Positions 13,395-24,725 of a DNA stretch of 64,000 nucleotides are shown in pieces. This stretch comes from Dimorphilus gyrociliatus (taxonomy: Eukaryota > Animalia > Annelida). The stretch covers positions 5,286,408 to 5,350,407 of the forward strand of contig CAJFCJ010000006.1 of assembly GCA_904063045.1 (NCBI GenBank), given 5' to 3'. The position numbers and the translations under genes are program-made. The notes under the pieces are model-generated. The model did not search any database. It was not told where the DNA came from and saw nothing but the letters and a program-made list of their open reading frames with translations. How positions within the stretch are numbered: position 1 is the stretch's first letter; the number at the start of each line of letters is the position of its first letter.

Positions 13395-14159
13395 GTAAAA
13401 AATTTTAATCTAATAATTCCTAAAACCAAGCTGGTACTACTAAAGCTTATCACCTACTTTGATCCATATTAATAGAATGTATTTATTCCATTCATTACCT
13501 AAGGTCAATCTTAGGCTAAAATTGTTTATGATAAATAACTCTTGATTTAATTAACTAATTATAACACAGGAACCAGTTTAAAACCAATGACATTAGTATT
13601 GCGTCATTCGGACATATGGTCTAGTAAAAAATAAAAAAAGATAATAACAAAAACAACATCTTATGTGAAAGTTCGTTACTTTGTTGAAACTACGTACTTT
13701 TATAAAACTATTCAAACTTTCAAAATATTAGTATACGGAAGATATTTTATATAAATACATTATTTATACAAACATTCTGTTGAATAAAACTTAAGCAAAG
13801 AATTTATTTCCTCAGATTACACATTTTTACATAAAAAAAAGTTCGTTGACTCTACTATCACATACTTATATGGAATCTATATTATTAAACTTTTAACATC
13901 CGTTCTAGATAACAATCAGAACACGCTTTATATGACGCCGTACATCAAAACAACTGAACAGAGATGGTCCTACGAGGGGTCTCGTTTTAAGTTGTTAAAC
14001 TTTTATATAATATTTGTATATTTTGAATTTTTTGATAATAATATTCTATATAATATGATTTATAATATGTTGATTTGAAAAGATTTTAATAGTATTACAT
14101 TTGTAATCAAATTAACACGCACGGGAAAAATCAAGAGTTCACTACGCCTCTGCGACCGC

Positions 14160-14174
14160 AGCGCCACCGAGCGG
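14160..14174. promoter_or_regulatory. CTCF-like motif upstream of 4E-BP
   Basis: AGCGCCACCGAGCGG, close to the remembered consensus AGCGCCACCTAGYGG; about 70 bp before the ATG. Confidence 0.5.
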
Positions 14175-14240
14175 TCAACACAGCGTGCCATATTTACTAA
14201 CGACGTAATTCATTTCATTTTTCTCATTCTGTCTTAAAGC

Positions 14241-14938
14241 ATGGCACAAAGCAATTCCTTTTCTCCACGAAGATCAATACCAATAAGGCGTGTTGTTCTA
14301 AGTGACGCTTCACAGCTGCCCAATGATTATTCAACGACTCCAGGAGGAACTCTTTTCTCTACCACTCCCGGAGGTTGGTGTTTTCCACGTATTAAGGATT
14401 TTTTTTTTTGCACAAAGAGCACTGCAGTGACCTACTAACCATAATATGCGGATTGTAAAATTTGTATAGGTCGTTGTCCTATGTTTATGTATTACGTAAA
14501 GTAGGACAAAGGCTTTTTTTACATAAGTAAACAAGTTTTGCCAACTGTCACGTGCCTGGAAGTTCTATCTTATAATGTAGGATAAAAAAAGTGCATTGGG
14601 CAAAAAAAATATGTCGACCTTTATGAGTACTCAGTTTTTTATTATTGTTTTTTTCTCACTTTACAGGAACAAGAATAGTGTATGACCGTTCATTTTTGCT
14701 CAAATGCAGAGAGTCCCCTCTCGCCCAAAGCCCTCCAGCTAACCTTCCGGATATTCCGGGTGTGACTACTCCCAGAGAGGAAGAAAACAAGGAAAATGGA
14801 AGGAAGGATAGACAACCTAGCGAGAGCACTGGTAAGATAGTTAATTTGCCATTTGTATACATATGTTCATTGACAAAGAAACCTCTTTGTCCCACTTTAG
14901 AAACCGTTGATGAACCCCAATTCGCAATGGACGTATAA
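14241..14938 (+). CDS. EIF4EBP: eIF4E-binding protein (4E-BP/Thor), 3 exons
   Basis: Exons 14241-14373, 14667-14831 and 14901-14938. Contains [16 protein letters not shown], the eIF4E-binding motif YDRSFLL and a C-terminal TOS motif FAMDV. Confidence 0.95.
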
Positions 14939-15340
14939 AGCTTCCTTGAATGTTTGAATTTAGCTAGAAAAGAAATTCTTTTAAAGCTGTTACATTATTT
15001 TTTCATATGGAACCGTCTGTTAAAGAACGGTTAAATTTTTTCTTAAGTTCTTTAAAATGGCATCTTGTCAAAAATCAAGGCGAAAACATTTTTTTTTCGT
15101 TTGACAGTTTTTTTCGGTCAAGCTGCTGAGACAGCTAAAATGTATGTTTGTTTACTGAATAAACAGTTGAACTAGTTAAAGCGTTGAATTCTAAAAAACA
15201 TTTATCCCAAATAGACTTTATATTAGAAAAAAACTGTTTTAGATGTTTTTTCTGTCTCGTTGGATAAACTGAGCAAACGTTTGATAGAAAACAAGAGAAC
15301 ACGACTGTTAATTTTCTATATTTCAATATATTCGCAGCTT

Positions 15341-16369
15341 TTAGAAGAGTAATCTTTTACAGGGGTCACTCTCTCCCGGTTCAAGTTTTCTTTTCATTCC
15401 TGGTTTGATTATATTGGGCTCTTTTAAGACGTTTGAAGGCTGAGTTGGTTTTGGGAGAGAGCTATTAGCCGTTGGTTGCGGGTTGCTGCTAAAATAGTCC
15501 ATTTTTAACGCTTCTGCAGCTGTGCATCTCCTTAAAGGATCGAATTTAAACATGCTTTCCAATAAATCAAGTAGATCTTGGCCTGCAGCTGTAAATATCT
15601 GTTTGAGGGGAGTACCCTCTTGGTACTTAAATTCTATATAATCAGGTAGTTGGGTCATCTCAGGCCAATCGTCTTCCTTAGGAGTTCCTAAAGCTTCAAA
15701 TATTTTAGAGAGTTGATTCAAATCAGAATCACCAGCCACAAAAGGCACCCTGAGTAAAAGTTCTGCGAGAATACATGCCGTTGCCCATATATCTACGCCG
15801 GTTCCGTATTGTCTGGCACCATATAAAAGTTCTGGAGATCTGTACCATCTAGTTACAACTTGATGAGTATAAATGCGGTCTGGTGAACCAAAGACTTTAG
15901 CTAAACCAAAATCACCAATTTTTAAAACACCATCGTTGTTTATTAATAAATTGTTTGGTTTCATATCTCGATGTAAAATCCAATTAGCGTGCAAATATTC
16001 CAAACCCCTTAATGTTTGCATTAAATAGTTTTTTATATGTGACGGTAGGAAAATTACACTTTGATCTTTTATTATCACTTCCAAATCAAAGTGCATATAG
16101 TCAAATACAAGACTAACATTAGATCTTCTGCCGAAAACGTCTAACAAACCTATAACATTAGGGTGAGAGATTTCTTGTAAAATTTTTATTTCTCTCAAAG
16201 CGGTTCTGTTGATTCCATCTTCGGCTTCGACGCGAGTTCCTATCTTTATTTTCTTCACAGCTACAATACGGTCGTTGAACTCTTTATCCCTTGCTTTATA
16301 TACAGTAGCAAATTGACCTTCGCCTAAAAATTCGATTTTTTCGTACCGTTTCGAACGTTCAGCGGCCAT
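15341..16369 (-). CDS. CDK7: Cyclin-dependent kinase 7, intronless
   Basis: Single ORF with [27 protein letters not shown] and the T-loop [11 protein letters not shown]. Confidence 0.96.
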   Translation of the reverse strand: MAAERSKRYEKIEFLGEGQFATVYKARDKEFNDRIVAVKKIKIGTRVEAEDGINRTALREIKILQEISHPNVIGLLDVFGRRSNVSLVFDYMHFDLEVIIKDQSVIFLPSHIKNYLMQTLRGLEYLHANWILHRDMKPNNLLINNDGVLKIGDFGLAKVFGSPDRIYTHQVVTRWYRSPELLYGARQYGTGVDIWATACILAELLLRVPFVAGDSDLNQLSKIFEALGTPKEDDWPEMTQLPDYIEFKYQEGTPLKQIFTAAGQDLLDLLESMFKFDPLRRCTAAEALKMDYFSSNPQPTANSSLPKPTQPSNVLKEPNIIKPGMKRKLEPGESDPCKRLLF

Positions 16370-16408
16370 TTTGAGAGTTCGTCTGCTACACATTGTGCTT
16401 TCACTTGA

Positions 16409-16417
16409 ACTTCCGGT
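16409..16417. promoter_or_regulatory. ETS-type motif (ACTTCCGGT) in the 161-bp CDK7/BNIP1 bidirectional promoter
   Basis: Exact motif visible. The same 9-mer occurs at ~42941 upstream of MGAT2. Confidence 0.5.
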
Positions 16418-16530
16418 TAAAAAACAACTTTGGTGCTATTTTTTAGATATTATTGAAAATGCAGGGGATTTTTCTGCAAAACTCTGAATCAACTTTTGAT
16501 AGAAGAGGATTTTATACGAAAGCATTTACA

Positions 16531-17378
16531 ATGGCTGACGATGACGTTCTATTGAAGGTTTGTCAACAAGAAATCGTAAAATTGGATTTGAAAATAAAGG
16601 CTTTTGTCCAGGTAAAGGAAATATTATTTTATTAATTCGGTGTTCACTAAATATCATGATAGATCATATTTTCTAAAGTTGTTTTTTATTACATAACCTC
16701 CTAATTTCGCGGACTACCTTAATAGGATGTGAGACAGAGTGTAAACAGTTTGAAAGATCTGCAAACGATCAATGTTGATATTAGAAATCTAATACATCAA
16801 TATAAACAACAACTATTAGTAAGTATAGTTTTGATAGTGATTTTACAAATTTTACAAACTTATTTAAAAAGTTAACAATTTCTATTTAGACTCTTGAGAA
16901 ATTGGCCTACGAACAAGATGCTGAAGATGATAAAACTGCTCTACTAAAAGAAGTAGAAAATCATAAAAAACAATTGTATAATAACCAAATTAGTTTACGT
17001 CAAGCCAATCTGTCATGCAAAAGTAAATTGGAGATAGCGGAAAAAGAACATCTGTTAGAGAATAATGAAAGTACTAGAAAACGTAACATTGAGGCGGAAA
17101 CTTCCGAAACAATAACTCAAAATTTAATGAAAACATGTAAAATGTTATCTGATCAAGTAGAATTGAGTAAAGATACATTAACAACTTTGGCAAGTAGTTC
17201 AAAGCAGATTCAAGATACAAATGAAGAGTTAAGATTTATGACTGGTTTAATTCACAACAGCAAAAATCTTTTAACAAAGTACGGCAGAAGAGAATGTACT
17301 GATAAATTACTTATATGTCTCGCTTTAATATTCTTCTTTGCTACTGTATTATATATTGTGATGAAACGTCTATTTTAA
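16531..17378 (+). CDS. BNIP1: SEC20/BNIP1 ER SNARE, 3 exons
   Basis: Exons 16531-16611, 16726-16818 and 16890-17378. Contains the Sec20 domain (LLTKYGRRECTDKLLI) and a C-terminal TM followed by KRLF. Confidence 0.9.
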
Positions 17379-18326
17379 AAGAAAAAATAATATAGGTTTA
17401 TCAGATTAATTAGGAACTTTGTGCTCTTTACATTCGAGCAGTACTAATAGAATCAACATAAAAGATACCAAGTGATAAAATAGAACGACTCATCTAACAT
17501 CTTCAATAAAACCAGAGAGTTATAATAATAGTTATATAAGCTTCCAAAGCAGGGTTAAAATTAGAGTCTACTCAACAAAAATATTGACTTGTCTCTTTTC
17601 TAGGTTATTCATCTTTTTCTGTTGGTTTTACTTATATAAAATCGACCATAATCAATTAAAAGCACGTAAGATATTTCCTAATGCAGACTTTATTGGATCA
17701 TATACAAATATTTTGTTTGAATAGCGAGCAGTAACGGAGGGGGGAGGGGGAAAGCTTTATATAATATATGAAAAACAATAAATATTGCCAACTGGCTCGG
17801 AACTTAAAGGTAATTCCTATTCCATTCATGATATAGTGTATATGTTTGTGTGTGATTGTAATTGAGCGTATGTGACTAGATTGAGAGTTCAAGCGGTTAT
17901 CACGTTTTAGCATACCTTACTTTGAAAACTGAAAGTTCAATGTGATAGACAACTTAGCTGGATGACGTAATACCTTTTTTAATATTAACGTACTCTGTGT
18001 TTACAGGGGCGTCTAAAGAGTCGCCTTAATTGTAAACTGAGAGTTGAACTTGTTTCATTATCCATACCTCATACTTCTCAGTTTTTTCTTTTTTCTCTTT
18101 GAAGACTTTTTGATACTCATGAAAGAGCTAATTGATTGCGATGAGTTTTTCTCTCATGTATATATTGTATACATACAAACGATTTATATAAAGGTATTAA
18201 TAGTTTTTCGTTTATTCTTTTACTCTATAACATAATTAAAAAAAAGGATAATTATTAGATTCTACATCACGTAATCTAGAGTGTTAATTGAATGCCCTAG
18301 ATTAATTTTGCACATTTTTCATCTCT

Positions 18327-20194
18327 CTACTTCTTCTTCTTCTTTCCTCCTTTTTTACCCTTTTTACCCTTCTTCCCCTTTTTAGGTCTAAATGGTCCGA
18401 GACACTTTCGAACCATAACTCCTCTAAACCATGATTGTATTTTTATTGCAGAGTTAAGTTCCAATTGATCTTGTTCTTCCTTCCTCTTCAGTTTCTCTTT
18501 ACGTACGCGGTCTTCGACGACAACTTGCTCGTATTCTTTATACTAATTAGAAAAAGGATTAGCAGCAAATTAATAAGAAGTGCTTTTTTTAATAAAATTA
18601 AGCCAAGAATGAAAGCTAATAATAAACTTACAAGCTTAGTCAACTCATTTAAATGTTCTAAATCTCTTGCTTTTGTTGTTTGTAACACTTCTAGATCATG
18701 ATCCATTTTTGCGATATCTGTGTCATATTTCTCTTGCCAGTCTTCCAATTTCTTTTCTAACTCTTCAACGTGTTTATGGAGAAAGTTGCATATCTCTGTA
18801 TGAGACCGACCCTCTTCGTCCATTCTGGTCCTTAGCATAACCTTCTCGTCCTCTAGCTCTTTTTCGCTCAGATTGCATCTATAATTGTTTGCAATAAAAA
18901 CTCTTTTAAATCTCATTTAATTGAATAATTGAATTAATTAACCTTTTTTGCGTTTGAGCCACTTGAACATCAGCGCATTTTTGAATATATTTTCCTTCCA
19001 TACTAGTCTTAGCTTTCATTTCTTGGAGTTGATCTTTCAAATGAGCAATCATCTGATTCCTATCGTTGATTTCTATTTCTCTTTCTTTCTTCACATCTTG
19101 AATCCTTCTGTTTAAGGCTCTTATCCTTTTTCTAGATTCTTCTTCCCTTAAAATGATATCCGTAAGTCTGGCTTTCTTCTTCTTTTCATTTTCAACTGCG
19201 TCAATAAGTACGCGAAACGAGTGTGGTCCGCATAATTCAACTAGAGTCTCCTGTAATACTTTTTCTAAGAAACTTCTGTCCTCCTGGACCTTTTGAATGT
19301 TGTCGGGCGCTAAAGGATTCTGTCTAAGACCTTGTCCAAAGAGGAACATCTGATCTTTCAGTTGCTTTCCGGTTTTTGTAATTTTATTATGAGCTTCCTC
19401 TCTCGCATCTCTAACGCTTTTCTCTGTTCCCTTATAAGTTTCCTTCTCTTTTGCAATATCATTAAACTGTTTCTCAACTTTTTGCTGATCAGAAACAATT
19501 TCTTTCATGTTTTCATTGACGAATTCTTCATCGTTACCATCTTCGTTAACGATGGGCGGTAATATCTTACCCAAAATGGCTAATTGATCTATAGTATCTT
19601 CCAAGACTGCACTAATGTGAAGACAATCCAGTGGTCTAAGAGAACTGATTGAAAGAAAATACTCAATAAATGAACAAATACAGTTTAACGGACAATTGAT
19701 AATCTTATATTATTCTAACGTATTGGCGTATTTCTTTTGGTAAGTCTTTGTAGAGCTATAATGATCTGTACCATCATGTTCATAGGATAATCCTAATTGA
19801 TTCATGTCTTTCTGTTCTAAGATACTAAATATATTGAATTTATTACAAGGATCCTTGTTAAATTTCACTCTATTTTGCCATAATAGCTTAGAGTTATTCA
19901 TTTCAATCGGAGAATTTGCCTCGTCTTTACATAAGCTCCTATTCGATAATCTTTCAACTCTATCATTTAATAACTTATTACCAGTTTTTGGTAATAAATT
20001 TATTAAACTTTCCGTGAAGATTTTACATGATTTTCTCTTACTGTTCAAGACATTCATTTTGAAAAATATACACTATTGTTTAACGTAAATTTTTAATATT
20101 AATCTACGTTTAATTGACATGATTTATCATAATTCTATTATTATCATGTATTTTTTATTAAATACTACCTGAATTCTTCACGATTTTCTTCCAT
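18327..20194 (-). CDS. IQCG: IQ domain-containing protein G / dynein regulatory complex subunit 9
   Basis: ISAVLEDTIDQL, HLKDQLQEMKAKT, WQEKYDTD, the IQ motif IKIQSWFRGVMVR and a Lys/Gly-rich tail. The short first exon 20194-20169 (MEENREEFS) splices in phase to 19644. Confidence 0.9.
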
Positions 20195-20222
20195 ATTTTA
20201 TAAAATATCTTTGTTTTCTTTT

Positions 20223-20297
20223 GTTGCTCAGTAAATCATTAGAGTGACATCTATCGGAATGATAAAAAAACTTATTTGTTATTGGTTGCTCAGCAAC
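20223..20297. promoter_or_regulatory. Two RFX X-box-like elements between divergent IQCG and FAM184A
   Basis: GTTGCTCAGCAAC (20285-20297) fits GTNRCY-N-RGYAAC; GTTGCTCAGTAAA (20223-20235) is a near copy. Confidence 0.6.
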
Positions 20298-20536
20298 AAG
20301 CATTAATGTTCGTCGCCAAATTAAAAATATGCAATTGATCTCACTGCCTGTCTTTTAGCTGCTAAAATAAAATCACTAAAAAAAGGATATCTATTTAAAT
20401 TACTTGGAAAGAGTCATTTAAATGAAGAAATTTTAAAAATATTTATCAAATTATAGCCGAAATCGGCCATTCTTATTATTATTAAAACTAAAGAATAGAT
20501 AAAGGGATTATTTACTGCTTAATAAAAGGCTGAAAT

Positions 20537-23500
20537 ATGGCTGCTGGAGTGTCTGGATTGTCTTTCAATTTGCCTAAAACAGCTACATTTGGTAAAATGT
20601 CTACAGATGTATCACAGGATTTACATTTAAAAATGTCAAAGAAAATTGCCCAATTGACAAAAGTAAGATGTTTCTTGAATTATTTAGGCTATAGATTATA
20701 AATATTTATACATATTTCTATTAAAAACACACAGGTTATTTATGCATTAAATACGAAAAATGACGAACACGAAGCAATTATTACTGCTTTGAAAGAACAA
20801 CACGAAGATGAAATTCAGAAATTCCTCGCAGAGACCAAATCGAAAGTTGAATCTTATAGGAATAGAATTGAAGAGGATACCAATCAGAAAAAGTTAATTG
20901 AGGCTTTAGAACAGAAGATCCGCGAGCATGAACTCGAGAAGGTGAACGCTAAAGAGGCATTTGAAAAATATAGAGAAAGTATGGAAGGAAGAGCTATTGA
21001 AATGAAAACTGTTCATTCAGAAAAGATGTTAACTTTATCAACTGACGTTCTAACTGTTAAAAAAGAGTTTGAATCAAATTTAAATAAATTAATGGAGGCT
21101 AAACGTGCATTAGAAGAAGAAAAACAGAAGGAGATTGAAGAGATAAAACGACATTACGACGAGAAAACTGAAGAGCTCAGAACCGGTTTATCGTTGGTTG
21201 ATAATGATAAAGAAAAATATGAAAAAGAACTTTTAGAATTGAAAGATGTATGTAAAAAGTTAGAACTTGAAAATTCTGAAAGAAATCAACAGTATTTAAA
21301 AGAAATTAGTAATATGAAAAAAGACTATGAGAAGGAAATTGCAGATTTGAAATCTGCAAATAGTACATTTACAGAAGATAAGATAAAAAGCTTACAAGAA
21401 GACTATGATAAACTATTAAAAGTGCACGAAAATATGAATACTGATAATTTGGATAGAATAAAGGAATTACTTGAAAAGTTAAATATGGCAGAAGAAGAAG
21501 CTAGAAGCCATAAGGAATCTTTAAAGAAATTACAGAATTCCTTAACAGATAAAGCTAATAGTTCGGCTTCTTTAACTGAACAATTGTCTTCCATTCAAAA
21601 AGAACTATCAGCAACTATATCAATTAATAAACAATTAGAAGGTGAAATAAAAGCGATTAACGATCGCTGTGATAAACAATCATCCGAATTAAAAGATAAA
21701 TCTGGTAGATATACTCACATTTCTCTCCCTTAATTAATCATTATGCTCATCATTTTCTTTTGTTTCTTTTTTTTTTTTAAAAAAAGCGCAAATCGGTAAA
21801 TTAGAAGGTGGGAAAGTGCAAGTTGAATCTCAATTGAAAGAGAAAATTGGAGAACTAAGCAAATTAAAGGTTAATCCATAAATTACTAATTTTTAGGGTT
21901 TATGAATAAATAAATAAATGTTTTATAGGATAAGCTCAAGTGGTTAGAAGATGAACGCAAATCTATTGAGAAGAAAGGTCAATCTCAAATGACTGAACAG
22001 TCGAGGCAACTTAAATCGCTTGAAAAGGTTACAAAACTCTTTGATAGTCATTTGTCTTTTGTATACGATCTTTTGTTCTTTTTTTATAGAGCTTAGAAAA
22101 TTTATCAACTGAAAAGAGAACTCTACAAGAGAAATATGATAGAGATATGGCCGCTCTAAAACAAAAGATTGACGAAAAAGAGAATACAATCACAAAGAAA
22201 TGGAAAACTAAGATAGATGAAAATGAAGCTAAGCATATTACAGAATTAGAAGAGCATAGACGTTTAGCTGAAGAAAGTTATGCTAAATTGAAAAATGACC
22301 TTGAAAATCGTTTGAAAAGTGAGAAAGGATCCTTGAGTGATCATAACAGTCAATTAGAGAAAGACATGGAAAAGCTAAAAGAAGACTTTCAGAAGAAATT
22401 ACAAAATTCCCAGAGAGAGGTAGGATTCTATTAGTTTCATTTGTTTGTATTTTACCGTTAGAACTCACGTAAACCTATCCTGCAGATTTTAAGATTGGAA
22501 AATGTTCTTAAAGAACGCGAAGAGAACCTAGGAGGAGCTGCCACAAATTTAGAAAGCTTACATAAAAAATGTTCATCTCTAGAGGAAGAACTTGAAGAAA
22601 GTCGAGAACAATTACGCAATCTAACAACTCAATATTCGTGTACTAAAACTGAGTTAGAAAATTTAAAGAGAACGCACGAAAGATCAATAAAAGAGTTTGA
22701 GGAAAAGTCTAAAAACGATCTTAATAAATTGTCTACCGATTTAGATGAGAAATGGATGATCAGATTGAGGAGCGAAAAAGAAAAACTCCGAATAGAAATG
22801 CAAAAGAATTCCGAAGAAGATAAGAAAGCAGCATTGGAAGAATTAAAGAGATTAAAAGATAATGAAAGTGCCAAAAATCAATTAAATTTTGATAAACGTT
22901 TAAGTGAAATGAATGAGGAAATTTTAAGATTAAAATCTAGTTTATCCTCAACTTCAGAGGAAACGGAAAGAGAAATTTATAGGATAAAAGCGGAAGCCGA
23001 AGAAGAGACGCATAAGCTCAGAAAGGAAATGTTAGAGTTGGCCGAAGAATATCAAGGAAAAATTGAAAAAATGATAAAACTTCACGCAGATGAGATGAAA
23101 TTATTAGAAGAAAAAAGTTTAGCTCATTTGAACGATATAAAAATTGAATTAAATAAAAAGCATCAAGAAGATATGGAAGCCCAATTAGTTGCCCATAAGA
23201 GTACTGTTGATATCCTTAAAGAGAACTTTGAAAAAGTTAAAGAAAAGTGTCTTGAAGAACTTCGGGAAAAAAATCTTGATAGAATAAGTAAATAGAAGTT
23301 TTAATAATTTTCATTTTTCACAGTATATTCAATAAATGTTCCCTTTCAGCCAAACTAAGATCTGAGTTGGAGGCAGTTCACTCACAAGACATGGATGAGA
23401 AAGAGAGAAAACATGAACAACAATTGATGGCTGCAAGATTAGAGTTAGACAGAGCTTTAGAGATTTCCCGCCAAAAAGAAGCCGAATTCTCAATAAAAAT

Positions 23501-24380
23501 AGGCGAATTAGAGTCTGACGGAAATTCAAAAGTTCAATTAATTAGGGAACTAGAAAGAGAGGTTGATAGGCTTCAAAGAGGTATAAATGATATGGCAACG
23601 GAATTGGAGCAAAAAGGTCAAGAAATTCTTCGAATTAGAAGTGAAATGATGCAAAGTTCTAAGTAAGTTTAAAATAAACAATAGAATAATCTTCTTAACG
23701 ATTCTTTCATTAATTTAGAGCAAGGGAAGATCAATTGAATAAAAGATTTGAGCAAGTATTACAAGATCTGAGGAAAGAACAGAAAAATGAAATCGATACT
23801 ATGTTAGAAGATTTTAACAAAGCTCAGAATATATTAACAGAAAAAATAGAATCTTTAACAATCCTTTTAGAAGAGGCTGAAGAAAGATACGAAAATAGAG
23901 AATCAAAGGATGAAGACATTCAAGAAATTGCAAGGTTAAAGCAAGCTGTAACTGATAGAGAAGAAGCAATGAAGAAACTTATCGTAAGGCCGATAAACAA
24001 TCGATTAATCATATTACTATAACTGTATTTTTATCATTTTATTTCTTTGTTTTTAGGACGATAGAAAATACTATCAACTAGAATTAGCAAATCGTGAAAA
24101 GAACTTTAATAAAGTGTTCAGTAACGCTCCAAATGTTGGAGTATTAAATCCTCTTGTGAAGGTGAATATAAGCAAATAGAAATATGAACTTTTTCTTTTT
24201 ATCCTAACTTTCCAAGTAAAAACCTTCTTTTTTTTTTTTAATAAACAGAAGAACAATAGTGGAAAAGGAGATGGTTCAAGAAGAGGTCCAAAATTAGATC
24301 CTATACCACATTCAACAATGCTTCATTCTGACAATTTATCTCGTAAAGTTCCACTTCCTCCCCCGTTAAACAGGCCATAA
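20537..24380 (+). CDS. FAM184A: FAM184A/B-like long coiled-coil protein, about 10 exons
   Basis: N-terminal signature LHLKMSKKIAQLTK|VIYALNTKNDEHE and C-terminal YYQLELANREKNFNKVF..PNVGVLNP, with heptad-rich ORFs between them. Confidence 0.9.
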
Positions 24381-24725
24381 ACGAAAGAGTGCTATCTAAT
24401 AATTGTTTGTTTTTCAAGTTCGATTATAATATAATAAATAAAAATGTTTTATTATAACTTTTGTATGAAATTCAGTAGATAAAGTATAGTTTATTAACAA
24501 TAGAGAATTGTAATGGCTGTTCTCCTTTCTACCTTTATTGTCCAACTCTTCTGTTGCTCTAACTTTACTCTTTGAAATTTAATTGAATAGAAGCCTTTTA
24601 TATTACTACCAGAGACCCATAGGCCTCTGATGGAATTTGATTCTCTTTAAAATTAAAAAAAATCATTGTTTATTCGAGAAGCTATTCAGCAGTTATAGCA
24701 TTATTTAACAAACTAAGGACGAGTT

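Noticed and set aside
16370-16393. Upstream in-frame ATG extending CDK7 by 8 aa
   Set aside because: The second ATG has the aaaATGG context used by neighbouring genes and matches the family N-terminus; the extension is unsupported.
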